A DNA stretch of 63,246 bases, counting the filler, from Octopus bimaculoides (taxonomy: Eukaryota): NCBI RefSeq assembly GCF_001194135.2. It is 7 parts of 7 records of this genome, joined end to end, with 100 filler letters (N's around TTAATTAATTAA, not from the genome) between each part and the next. Parts side by side here need not be neighbours in the genome. Positions count along the whole stretch, not along the records: positions 50,593 to 56,789 come from NC_068994.1; positions 56,890 to 63,246 come from NC_068988.1; 5 more parts are not named here. The stretch is one strand, 5' to 3'. Shown one piece after another: positions 51,521 to 63,246 of the stretch (position 1 is its first letter; each line of letters opens with the position of its first letter). Made by a program: the position numbers and the translations under genes. A model generated the notes under the pieces. The model was not told the DNA's origin. It saw only the letters and a program-made list of their open reading frames with translations, and made no database searches.

Positions 51521-52183
51521 TTTGTATAAAGGGCATTATTACAGAAAATAATAACGCCACACAGTGGACTTCTCAAAATAACCACATTTAGTACCTAATG
51601 CGAGGAAAAACAACCAACAGAAGACGACCAACATTCTTTTAAATAAACTTAACTGTGTATCGGCCGATTTCGCGATAACTAGAATGAATCTAGATTTCGT
51701 TCATCAGCACAGTATTGTCCCAAAGATATATACAAATAAACAGAATTCTCACCTCACCAAAAACGAACACACTACGTATCCGACAGAGTAAAGGGAATGA
51801 AGTTTATCTGTATATATCTTCATCAAAGAAGCGGAAATACTTCCGGGTTGCTTCTGGGTACCCATGTGGAGACAGGAATAAAAATTCAACATTGAATATA
51901 TTCCGTGTATATATTTGATAAATAAATTCAAAAAAGNNNNNNNNNNNNNNNNNNNNNNNNNNNNNNNNNNNNNNNNNNNNNNNNNNNNNNNNNNNNNNNN
52001 NNNNNNNNNNNNNNNNNNNNNNNNNNNNNNNNNNNNNNNNNNNNNNNNNNNNNNNNNNNNNNNNNNNNNNNNNNNNNNNNNNNNNTATAAAGGGCATTAT
52101 TACAGAAAATAATAACGCCACACAGTGGACTTCTCAAAATAACCACATTTAGTACCTAATGCGAGGAAATACAACCAACAGAA

Positions 52184-52185
<2 letters not shown>
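51521..52185 (-). mobile_element. Apparently non-coding tandem element (about 1.2 units) carrying a hammerhead ribozyme; retrozyme-like or Penelope-derived
   Basis: Direct repeat 51525-51625 = 52086-52185; (TA)n at both ends; hammerhead inside; no recognisable protein. Confidence 0.7.
51652..51713 (-). ncRNA. Type I minimal hammerhead ribozyme with palindromic loop III
   Basis: Minus strand: ACTGTG-CTGATGA-ACGAAATCTAGATTCATTCTAGTTATCGC-GAAA-T-CGGCCG-A-TA-CACAGT. Stem I is 6 bp perfect; stem II is long but its first pair is an A-C mismatch; AUA cleavage triplet. Confidence 0.75.
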
Positions 52186-52218
<33 letters not shown>

Positions 52219-52222
<4 letters not shown>

Positions 52223-53520
52223 TTGGGTGAATCGTTTGCGCTTTCTAGCTCCTTATCCATAATAACGCGCAGGATTCTGTCCAAGACATGGTGCTGGCAG
52301 CTCATGAATTGTGGCTTGTCATAGCCATTGCTCAATAAAATTCTCTACAGTCTAACCACTACCCCACTCTTTCATCCTGCATTCTCGCTCTTCGTATCAG
52401 CTATAATCATTGAGATTGTGCTCCACAAGTGAAATTCGTCCAAGACGCTTTTCAATCCTTCTGTAATGGTCTCAGCCTTGCTATCATTTAGCTTCAGAGC
52501 AGCTAGCTTCATTTCACTTGTTTCATTCTTGATGACAACCACTTGATATTCATTTCCATCAATATGATTACCATTGAAATGCAGGCTCCCTTTCTGATTG
52601 CGTAGCGTATCGAACAAAGAGTTTCTTAATTTCACCAGCTTTCTTGAAGAATGCCTTGTAAATGCCTCGCTGATTAGGAGTTGGGGTATCAATGCCCTCC
52701 TTTGACAAATGTTTGCAGATTTTCGCAGCTTTGCTGGTAGAGACGTTTGTTCTAGTTACAAGTCTTGTAATAATTGCAGATTTGTTGTGCCTTCTTATGG
52801 CTTAATAAGTACCATGACTATCACTATCATTTTGATCAACTCTGTCATCTTCACCATAATTGTACTCTTCAATCTCTTCTTCTTCGGAGTCACTGTCAGT
52901 ATCATGGGCTGTTGGGTTTGACAAAGAATGAGAGGTTTCAGCATTAGAGCATCTACTTCTCTTAGAAGGATGGGTAGTGTGCTTACTTGCAGCTTTACCT
53001 GTCAATTAGCCCACTTTGCACTTGCTTTGGAGTTGGATGGAGTACAGCTTTTTGTCATCAGCATTGAGTCATTTACTGTGAACTTTAGTGATAGCGAACA
53101 GTTCTTCGAATGACTCAAATTTTCCCTTCTTGGCGCATTTGTCATACAAATGAAACACATTTTCAAGCTTGGACTGTATTGCTTGCTTGGAAATGATTGG
53201 AAAATTCAGTTTATCTCTCCACAGTAGTGTCACCTCTCTTGATAATTCCGCCACTCTCTCCTTTCTGCCTTTAATTTATTTCCTAAGAGACTGGTACCGA
53301 CCAACAATCTGCTCCTTGAATGGCATTCGGTTTCTGCTGGCCAGCGAGTCTTCTTCTACAGGCACGTAACCTCTAGATGAATCGGACTGGAACTGCACCA
53401 AATTTCTCCTCCATTTCTTCTTGTTCTTCTGAACAACTCCGAAGCTTTGCTTGATGACATACCGCTAGCAGTCATGCAGAACTTAAACTGAAACCGAAAC
53501 AACAAGGATGAAAGTGGAAA
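52219..53520 (-). mobile_element. hAT-superfamily (hATm-like) transposase relic, N-terminal and catalytic part
   Basis: LWRDKLNFPIISKQAIQSKL..SLHFNG..QVVVIKNE..KAETI..LDEFHLW..MIIADT..KPQFMSCQHHVLDRILRVI (CxxH motif), with multiple stops and frameshifts. Confidence 0.7.
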
Positions 53521-54189
53521 AAGAACTTTATTATTTTCTCCATGACTAAGAATGATGGTTCAGCAATACAAACTAATCAGCACTGAAGTTTTATAAATGC
53601 TAAGAATTTATTGAAAGCCAAGAGTGCTATGCAACCTTGCTCATATTCAAACAAGTTTTGCATAAGAGCACAAACATGGATTCATGGGTGAACTTTTTAA
53701 AAGATAGCTCAAAAGTGAGTTCCCGTTAGTTACTTATGCATAAAAGCTCATCTAAATATGATACAGGAAAAAATTATACGCGCGCGCGCGCATATATATA
53801 TATATATATATATTCGATCAAATCTCCTGCGAGTTAACATGGAATCCTTTGACGGCAATGTAAACTTCATTTGATAAATACGAGGCCTGACGAGTAGCTA
53901 GAAGATTATCCCTCGTTTAGGTATTTACTACTTCTGTGATCACGAAACATATGTAGCCTGGATTTTATCTACTCCATTCATTAAATTGGATTTTTATTCG
54001 CATACACAGCAACCCTAGCTGCTAACCGTGAACTACAGAATAACTTTTTTCAGCTTCTCAAACTTCGATATGGGAAAAATTTACAACCTTCTATCTCAAT
54101 AAGCCACTCTTGTTCCTGAAAGTTGTTTTTTATACCTTCTACGGACAACTCGAAGTTTACTAACTTCCTACACCTTGATCCTTGGATCT

Positions 54190-54490
54190 TACCTTATATA
54201 GCGACAACAGAAAGTCATGGAATAGCAGAATCGTTCTGCCATTTGGCACGCTCCGAACACATTGCCAATAGAATTGTGAAGTTGATGAAACTTCCAAAAG
54301 CAACAGTTTATCATGTGTATAAACCACTTAAAGAAGAAGGAAAGATTGATGGAAAAGAATACAAGACTCGAAGTGATTCCAAGCGAAGCCTGAAGTTTCT
54401 CGCTGGCCTCAAACGCTCGATTGAAGGTAACCCATCCGCATCCATGACATCCCTTGCAACGAAACGCAATTTATCTCTTTCAACGGTGGT
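54190..54490 (+). mobile_element. Tc1/mariner (possibly maT/DD37D-like) transposase N-terminal HTH fragment
   Basis: IVKLMKLPKATVYHVYK.LKEEG..RSDSKRS..LKRSIEGNPSASMTSLATKRNLSLSTV. Confidence 0.65.
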
Positions 54491-54494
54491 CAAT

Positions 54495-54650
54495 TTGTCT
54501 CTTTCAAGAGTGGGGCTAGTCGATTACATTGACCCCAGTACCCAGATGGCATTTATTTTATCGACCCCCAAAAGATGAAAAGCAAAGGCGACTACGGCGG
54601 ATTTCGGACTCAAAACGTAAAATTAACGAAATGCCGCTAAGCATTTTACT
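54495..54650 (-). mobile_element. Family A SINE (partial)
   Basis: GTCGATTACATTGACCCCAGTAC..ATCGACCCC.AAAGATGAAA.GCAAAG..GCCGCTAAGCATTT. Confidence 0.8.
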
Positions 54651-55171
54651 TTACTTTTTTTTATATCACTAAGGTAATGGGGACAGCCATTTACAACGAG
54701 CTTCTCCAACGCTTAGAATCTTTCCTCGCTCTTTCACTCTCTCTTTCTCTTTCTCTCTCTTTCTCCCTCTCTCTTTAATGTCCACCACTTCTAGTGACTT
54801 TCTCTCCTCTATCATCTACTAGTAAGTTTGTAGGAATTTGATGAAAGGAATGTCACCACTCACGCGGTATCAGCAAAGCTTTCTACCGTCTTTGGCAAGC
54901 GAATCGCCTATCAAAAGTTCTACCTAAATATATTCTAGCCATCTCATCGATTAGTTCGGTAGCTTCCCTTTGTTACATACATTGACAGTGGTTTTCCAGT
55001 CTTACATTCTATCAAATCCGGCGTGCCATGATGTTTGGTTTACTTGTCGCCACACCCAGCTATACATCTCAGACGCAGACTAGACTGTCCTCCATTTCCT
55101 AAAATCCCGTAGCTATGCATCATCTCGAACACCACACGCCACACCCTCTCATCAGCAGAGGCCTATATTAC

Positions 55172-55355
55172 TTAGATCAGTTTCAAATTTTAGCACAAGG
55201 CCAGAAATTTCGGGGTCCTCGATCCCAGTGCTCAACTGGTATTTATTTTATCGATCCTGATAGGCTGAAAGGCAAAAGTGACCTCGGTGAAATTTGAACA
55301 CCGAACGTAAAGATGTACAAAATGCTTTTTACCCGGTGTGCCAACGATTCTGCCA
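55172..55355 (-). mobile_element. Family A SINE (partial)
   Basis: Core GATCCTGATAGGCTGAAAGGCAAAAGTGACCTCGG..AACGATTCTGCCA. Confidence 0.75.
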
Positions 55356-55689
55356 ATTCGTTTCAAATGTTACTCATATGAATAAAACATCATCGTACCA
55401 TACAGACCTTAACGTCGAGAAGCACTCAACTATATCCTTCAAAATCGCACCGATTTTTTGTTTGGCTCACTGTCATCGACGATCTCCTTCGGTGAAAGCA
55501 TATCATCAATATAGCTAGGATTGCATCTTAACGAATGATCCGTCTCTTGAGAACTAGAGAATATTGCATCCCAGGACAATTATTTATACTCTAAAAACCT
55601 CAGATGGGGACCACAATACAGCACTGTTCCCACATCTTGGATGCTGCTGCTGCTATTGTTTTTGCACTGTTTTTTTTTTATCTTTCACT

Positions 55690-56160
55690 AGTTTCAATCA
55701 TTACACTGCGACCATGCTGGGGCACTGCGACCATGCTGGGGCACTGCGACCATGCAGGGGCACTGCGACCATGCTGGGGCACTGCCATGAAGAATTTTTA
55801 GTCGAATGAATCATAACCCCGTACATTTAAAAAAAAAATTTTAAGCTTGGTACTTATTCTATCGGTTTTTTCCGAAGCGCCGGATAATGGGTACGTAAAT
55901 AAACCAACACCGGTTGTCAAGCGATGGTGAGGGACAGACATAAGCACAAAGACAAACACGCACACACACACACACACATGCATGCACACACACATACATA
56001 CACAAAGGCACACATACGTCGGGATTCTTTCGGTTCCCGTCTATCAAATCCACTCACAAAGTTTTGGCCGGCTTTGATCAAGGCACCACGCAGTGGGATT
56101 GAACCCGGAACCGTGTGCTTGGGGATCAAACTTCTTAGCACACAGCCATGCCTGTGCCTA
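55690..56160 (-). mobile_element. Family C SINE whose 3' end carries a 19-bp x4 tandem amplification (55705-55780)
   Basis: Reverse complement of the 38343 copy; ACTGCGACCATGCTGGGGC x4. Confidence 0.85.
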
Positions 56161-56999
56161 GCATACACAGACACCCTGCACCACATCGAGTCACTCAAAG
56201 ACAATCACCAGCCTTTGCTACTCCGGGGCGCTGTCTCTTCTCTGCCTTTTCTATTGTAACTATAACCGCTTCTTCTCTTTGGAGCTGACGGAGCTCATGC
56301 TACCCGCCACCCCACTAAAACTGCCCCAGAACATTGCAAGCTCCTCCTTCTATTACTCTTACTATGTGTAACGTCTCCAGAATCCACATTACAAAAGGAA
56401 CATTACAAGAGGAACATTAGCGGCATCATACGTATACACATATATGCTTCCATATCCATATACATGTGTATGTGTGTATGTATATATGCATGTAGGCATG
56501 TATACAGGTTTGTATGTAGAAAGTTAAGCAGTTAGGTCGCTATGTATATTATGGATGAATGAAAGGATGGACGGTTAGATGGAACTGTCATGTTTACACT
56601 GAGTTTCTGCTGATTCCTTTATAACCACCAAATGCAATTCAAAAAAAAAAAAAGAATTTCTGGACATTACAGTAGTTGTTTGATGTCATTACTGTCTTTA
56701 GGGTTATTATTATTATTATTGTTGTTGTTGTTGTTGATCTTCTTCTTCTTCTTCTTCTTCTTCTTCTTCTTCTTCTTCTTCTTCTTCTTNNNNNNNNNNN
56801 NNNNNNNNNNNNNNNNNNNNNNNNNNNNNNNNNTTAATTAATTAANNNNNNNNNNNNNNNNNNNNNNNNNNNNNNNNNNNNNNNNNNNNTATATATATAT
56901 ATATATTCAAAATACAACAGATATATAAAGAGATAATAATTCACATAGTAATCGATAAGCACGGAGTGCGATATGTTTTTGTGAAAAAATATATATGCA

Positions 57000-57610
57000 T
57001 ACATTTCATGTTGGAGATATCTTTAGTCTCGTGAGACCACAGTTCTGCGCCTGGAAAATCTCGTTTCGATCTTGTTGGCTGAACAGCATCTGAGAACAGG
57101 TCAGATCCTTGACAATACCATATCCCGAAAGCAATGGGTCCATCTCTGGGGTCTCCTATAGTTGGCGCCACTATTTCTACTGTGATTGCGTGTCCCCTTT
57201 TTATCTTCTGTTTACTTCTTTTTCTCGGTAGAAGACCCTTACGTGACATTTACAACAATTCATAAAGCAGCTGAATCTTATTGACCCCTTCAACGGATTA
57301 CATCTCTTGGGTACCCTTGTGGTCTTCGTGAGTCATTAGGACCAGAATGCCCAGATATATTTCCTTCTTCCTCATGCTATCCGAGTCACCTCTGCGCTCA
57401 CTACATGTCCGTACAATAATCTGACAATGTTGATTAACGAAGGATCGACATCCGTTCCAATATCTGTGGCAATGGTCATGTACTTTGGATTAATCTTATG
57501 TGCAGATGTCTGATGAACTAGCTCAGCATAGTTTCTGATCCTGTCTCTACTTTTACAAACCACGCTCATACATTCGTATAGCTTCTTTTGACCTCATCGA
57601 TGTAGAACTC
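57000..57610 (-). mobile_element. Highly decayed LINE reverse-transcriptase-like fragment (RTE-like?)
   Basis: DIGTDVDPSLINIVRLLY resembles the RT segment G...KLIRII..LY; other motifs are barely discernible. Confidence 0.3.
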
Positions 57611-57685
57611 ACTTTATTACACACTAACTTAATAGTATATATGAAAGTCTCCTCCGATTTCATTCTTATATTCTTGTATTCTTTT

Positions 57686-58029
57686 ATTCTTTTACTCATT
57701 TCAGTCAGTTGACGGCTGCCATGTCGGACTTATTCTTTGAACGCCAAGCACTTATTCTATCGGTCCTTTTTACCGAACTGCTAAGTTACGGGGACGTAAA
57801 CACACCAACATTGGTTGTCAAGTGATGGTGGGGGAGGGACAAACACAAACACAAAGACACACATATGACGGGCTTCTTTTCAGTTTCCCCCTACCAAATC
57901 CACTCATCAGGCTTTTGGTCGGCCCGAGGCTATAGCAGAAGACACTTGCCCAAGGTGCTACGCTGTGGAACTGAACCCGGAACCATGTATTTGGGAAGCA
58001 AGCTTCTTTCCATACATCCATGGCTGCGC
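57686..58029 (-). mobile_element. Family C SINE
   Basis: Reverse complement of the 38343 copy, including CACTTGCCCAAGGTG. Confidence 0.88.
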
Positions 58030-58131
58030 TGATATTTATTCATATACCTTAAAAAGGAGTGTCACCTTCCGCATCGCTCTTTTCTGAATAAATTCGGCGA
58101 TCAAGGAAGTACTCTCTTTTGTCATATTTAT

Positions 58132-58210
<79 letters not shown>

Positions 58211-58620
58211 TTCTCTTTTTTTTTTTTAATCGTACTCAATTCCAATAACTCCTTTTGACCAACAACGTCTTCAAAAGCTGAAATCCCCTAACTGATGGAT
58301 GTTTTGTTTTCTCTGATATTGTTTTTATTATTATCAAAATTAATGTTTTCAGCCCTTATCTATTTTGTATATTCCATTACATAAATTTTCAGTGCATGTT
58401 AGGTTTTTTAATTTTTTTTTCCAGTTTTTGTTACAAAATAATTTGTTTCAGTTAATGCTACTACCACAATAGCAAATAGCCCTTGTTGCCACTTCTGTCG
58501 TAGCCATCATGAAGTATATATACATAAAGAAAATGATTTTTTTGTCAAAAATTTGTGAAGTGTCAAATGACAGGACAGTCTTATAGCCCTAAATAATGGG
58601 ATAAATATGAAAATGGTTTC

Positions 58621-58815
58621 AGGCGGCGAGCTGGCAGAATCGTTAGCACGCCGGTGAAAATGTTTCACGGCATTTCGTCCGCCTTTACGCCTGCCTTTTC
58701 ATCGACCTTTCGAGATCGATGAAATAGGTACCAGTTGAGCACTGGGGTCGATAAAATTGACTGGCCCCTTCCCGCGAAATTGCTGCGCTTTTGCCAAAAT
58801 GTGAAACCAACATGA
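58621..58815 (+). mobile_element. Family A SINE
   Basis: AGGCGGCGAGCTGGCAGAATCGTTAGCACGCCGG head with an internal deletion. Confidence 0.85.
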
Positions 58816-59484
58816 AAATGGTTTGAAGCCTTTTGGTGGTAGTAAAAAAGGAATGAAAATTAATTTTCATAATGTAATCCAGAAAATGAATTTCTGCACG
58901 GGGTCCTGCAAAACGTGACCGTTTACAGCGAACACCATCGCCAACAAAAACAAAGACCACAATAGCAACAACTATTACCTGAACGATGGCGCCGGCACCG
59001 GCGGCGGTTTCAGCGGTGGCCGCGATGGCTGCAGCGACAGTGGCGGGTATAGCAACAACCCCTGTAACTAGATTGCAACTGAAATAACTGCAGTAAGACT
59101 AAAAACACAACTATGTAATGCTACTAAGAAATCACCTTTCTGAAAATATAGTCAGATTTTTCTAAATTAATTAGAGAACATGATAAGAAGAACAAACTAT
59201 TTTCTGTCGATAAGAAAGCAATTACATTACAGCAAAAATATTTGAAATGTAGAAATGTTAAAGAAACTGAAGATAAAAACAGCACAAAGGCTGGGGAATA
59301 AGAAAAACTGTAAAGCGATGAAAAGACACCGAAACGAAATTTCGATATATAGGTGTGGAGAAGTGTCAAAATAGATCCCGTTTTAGTCATGAATGAAGAA
59401 GTCAGTGTTACATTGAAAAGATGCCAAAACTGGTTTATTGTTGATCGAAAAACAGGAACAGCCTTGTTTTTGTTTTATTCTTTA

Positions 59485-59648
59485 GCATGGCTGTATGGTT
59501 AAAACGCTCGCTTAGCAACCACGTGGTTTGGGGTTCCGTCTCTCGGCATGACACCTTGCGCAAGTATCCTCTGTTATAGCTCCGAGCTATCCAATGCTTT
59601 GTGATTGAATTTGATAGGCAGAAATTGTGAGAAAACCCGTCGTATATA
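59485..59648 (+). mobile_element. Diverged family C SINE 5' half
   Basis: GGCTGTATGGTTAA..GCAACCACGTGG..CACCTTGCGCAAGT..CCCGTCGTATATA. Confidence 0.7.
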
Positions 59649-60506
59649 AATCTGTAAATGTACAATCATCCAGATTTCTGAGTACCTTATTTTTTTAAAA
59701 TATATAATACCTGTACATCACCTCCAAACCTTCTAACAGCCGGCATATACCATTTCGCTAGCAACAAGGGGAGTACAGGATGACAGTCAGCCAAAAACTT
59801 TCGCTTCGCTGTCTCTTTTCTTTCACCTTTTCACGGGGTTAATAATCTTAATCTTTCGTTACAGTTTCTCATTCAAATTACATAATAGGCAGAATTGTCG
59901 GATTAAGACAATAGGGTGTTTTGAGGGAGATTTGGCTGCTACTTCTACCAGGTCTAGCTACCATGTAGAGGTCTGAACTTAATTTTCATTCACATATTTG
60001 CATTTCAAAAATTTAACATAATCTTTTCCATAAATCAACTATCGCAAACATTTNNNNNNNNNNNNNNNNNNNNNNNNNNNNNNNNNNNNNNNNNNNNNNN
60101 NNNNNNNNNNNNNNNNNNNNNNNNNNNNNNNNNNNNNNNNNNNNNNNNNNNNNNNNNNNNNNNNNNNNNNNNNNNNNNNNNNNNNNNNNNNNNNNNNNNN
60201 NNNNNNNNNNNNNNNNNNNNNNNNNNNNNNNNNNNNNNNNNNNNNNNNNNNNNNNNNNNNNNNNNNNNNNNNNNNNNNNNNNNNNNNNNNNNNNNNNNNN
60301 NNNNNNNNNNNNNNNNNNNNNNNNNNNNNNNNNNNNNNNNNNNNNNNNNNNNNNNNNNNNNNNNNNNNNNNNNNNNNNNNNNNNNNNNNNNNNNNNNNNN
60401 NNNNNNNNNNNNNNNNNNNNNNNNNNNNNNNNNNNNNNNNNNNNNNNNNNNNNNNNNNNNNNNNNNNNNNNNNNNNNNNNNNNNNNNNNNNNNNNNNNNN
60501 NNNNNN

Positions 60507-60549
<43 letters not shown>

Positions 60550-62152
60550 GTGCGTGCGTGTATGTATGTGTGTGTGTGTACAGTGAGAGAGAGAGAGAGA
60601 TGTATATATACGTGTGTGTGGGTGTCTGTGTGTATGCTTATGTGTGTGCTGATATAGATAGCGAGATCGACATAAATACATCCATCCATCCATCCATCCA
60701 TCCATACATACATACATACATACGTTTCTTCTCGACTACTTCACAGTATCACGAACTAATATGAAACAACAAATAAAATTAAGATGGATGGATCGTAGTT
60801 CGGCGAACGAATGATAAAGTTCACCGGATTAAAGTTAACCTGTAACGTATGGAAACTACTTAGATGTTGTCGCTTCATCTAAATTCACACACACATACAA
60901 TGGAATTTTAAAACTCCGTAATAGAGACAAACATGTCCTGTTTTCTCAGTGAAGTGTATAAAACGTTTTATATTTGCGAACATTTGTTATATTTGAAATT
61001 GTCGTTCTCAGAACAAAACAGAAAATAAACTATTAACTATAAAATAAACAGTTATTTTTTTTCCTTCCGCCACTATTAATATTAAGTGCAGTCTGTATGG
61101 GGATGTATATATATTGAAATGATAACTACGGCGTGCCCATTGCTCTTCAAGATATACGAACTCCTACTCAAAGTGATTCTACTCTATAAGGTTTCATCAA
61201 TTATACCCTCTTCCAAACCAGTTTATTATTTCTCATATTTGTTTTATTTTCTTTGTTAATTTATTTTTATCGATTAATAACTGTAGTTCATTCATATATT
61301 TTATTATTATTATATTTTTTAAAAATCTTTTAACATCTTTTATTTTTACTTCTTCGTATCTGCTTAATTTCTACTTCCACTCTTTCGTATTTTCATTCAC
61401 ATCTGAATCATCTCCCCGTTATTTCATTCATTGTTTCGCTTTATTTGATTGTTTATTTGTTTCTATGTCTATTCGCTAGCTGTCTGGCTGGTTGGTTTGT
61501 TGGTTAAACACCTCTATTTTAAGCGAAGACGTTGTTGGAGTCTACGATATCTTTGTAACTCTATCTATCTATCTGTATGTATATGTACGTATATATATAT
61601 ATATATATATATNNNNNNNNNNNNNNNNNNNNNNNNNNNNNNNNNNNNNNNNNNNNNNNNNNNNNNNNNNNNNNNNNNNNNNNNNNNNNNNNNNNNNNNN
61701 NNNNNNNNNNNNNNNNNNNNNNNNNNNNNNNNNNNNNNNNNNNNNNNNNNNNNNNNNNNNNNNNNNNNNNNNNNNNNNNNNNNNNNNNNNNNNNNNNNNN
61801 NNNNNNNNNNNNNNNNNNNNNNNNNNNNNNNNNGACAGACTGATATACTTAAGAATCTGTTATGATAATGTTTATAAAATGCTCTATCACGCATCAACAT
61901 ATCCTTGTCTCCGCCTCCTCTGTCTACTACTACTACTACTACTACTACTCTTTGTCAGACCTTAATACTTTTAATATTTAATATTCCTACCTTTAATTTT
62001 TTTTTCTTTGTTATTTTTTTTCTTTTTAAAGTTGTCACTGAAATACAAATATATATATATGTGTATAGAAACATATATATTTATGCAATTAAACACTGAC
62101 GATGAATTCTCTAATTTCAAGTAGGATGTTAATTGCTTCCATTCTTTATGCC

Positions 62153-62190
<38 letters not shown>

Positions 62191-62432
62191 CGCACTTTCA
62201 TACACACAATCACCTTCATACTTTCACTTTCACTTTCATACGCACACATATGCATGCATGGACATACACATAAATGTACGTCCATAAACACAGACACACA
62301 GTAATGTGCATCTACTAACATACATACACACATCTACGACTATAATAGAGTCCATATAGATTTTAACTTAGTTAATAATGGATTATTTATCCAAAATGAG
62401 GTGTGTGTGTGTGTGCGTGAGTATATGCATGC

Positions 62433-62510
<78 letters not shown>

Positions 62511-63189
62511 GCTTTTCAATTATAAATTTTCGATCAGAAGTGCGATTAAAGATATTTTGCATCTTTTTTCTTCTTTTTTTTAACTCTTTACTAAATATTA
62601 TCACACAATTGCTTAAGTCATTAGCAAAGCTTTACCGAAATAAAGAATACAATTTGAAGTATGTTTCTGATACTTGTCGCAGAGGTCATAAATGTAAACG
62701 AAGAAGAAGAATATAGGTAGGGGTGGTTAGAACTGATGGATTTTGAGATTGAACTGAATCCCTTGTAATTCTAAAGAACATGGCTCTTCTGAAATGTAAG
62801 AATGCAGTTCAGCTCATTCGAACTTATTTAATTTTCTAGTTTATACTTTATCGCTATAATTTTTTCAATCTGTCGCATTTGATGGAATAAAAGCGAAAGT
62901 TAACGCCATTGAGAACTAAACTATGTTCGGAATATTGTGAATATACAAACGTAAAGTTTAATGTTCCAGAAATTTTGTTTTACTTACTCAAGTTTTCAAG
63001 AAAAGCTGGTCAAGGCTGTCCATGCATCTATACATATATCTGCAGATGATTGGTCATGGGGTACGGTACGTTTCAGCAAGGCCGTATTCGCGCCCTTTAT
63101 TTGATGTCGATGATTCTATGCTGGTTTATTTGACATCAGCCGTTTTAATGTTGCTCTCGAGTTAATATTTTTCAAGTTCTCTCTCGCCT

Positions 63190-63246
<57 letters not shown>

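Noticed and set aside
55705-55780. CRISPR-like direct repeats
   Set aside because: No spacers, eukaryotic context, and derived from a SINE tail.
12968-56845. Recurrent TTAATTAATTAA 12-mers isolated between N runs (six sites)
   Set aside because: Six-frame-stop linkers placed at scaffold joins by the assembly pipeline; not biological.
57880-57912. CTGATGA...GAAAC on the minus strand
   Set aside because: Lies inside a family C SINE where other copies read CTTGTGAG; chance mutation with no stems.

Overview
Eukaryotic, AT-rich, gap-riddled genomic DNA. Its repeat landscape (dense AT/AC/GATA/AAT microsatellites, several tRNA-headed SINE families, LINE and DNA-transposon relics) suggests an octopod cephalopod, probably an Octopus draft assembly; this assignment is an inference. 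No intact host protein-coding gene can be supported. Almost all long ORFs in the track are microsatellite or N-gap artefacts, and the protein-like ORFs are transposon debris: Tx1/L1-like, R4/Dong-like, RTE-like, Penelope GIY-YIG, Chapaev3-like, hATm-like, Merlin and Tc1/mariner. The most notable signal is catalytic RNA. There are two type I hammerhead ribozyme folds with complete catalytic cores (18632-18711 plus; 51652-51713 minus) and degenerate cores in Penelope-like remnants. The minus-strand ribozyme sits in an apparently non-coding tandem element with a unit of about 510-560 nt. That element is bracketed by (TA)n, interrupts a hAT transposase, and has what appears to be a circularly permuted fragment at 31541-31749, so it is a candidate retrozyme-like or Penelope-derived ribozyme retroelement. 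Other points of interest are two long near-perfect hairpins, microsatellite-associated LINE insertions and modular SINEs.
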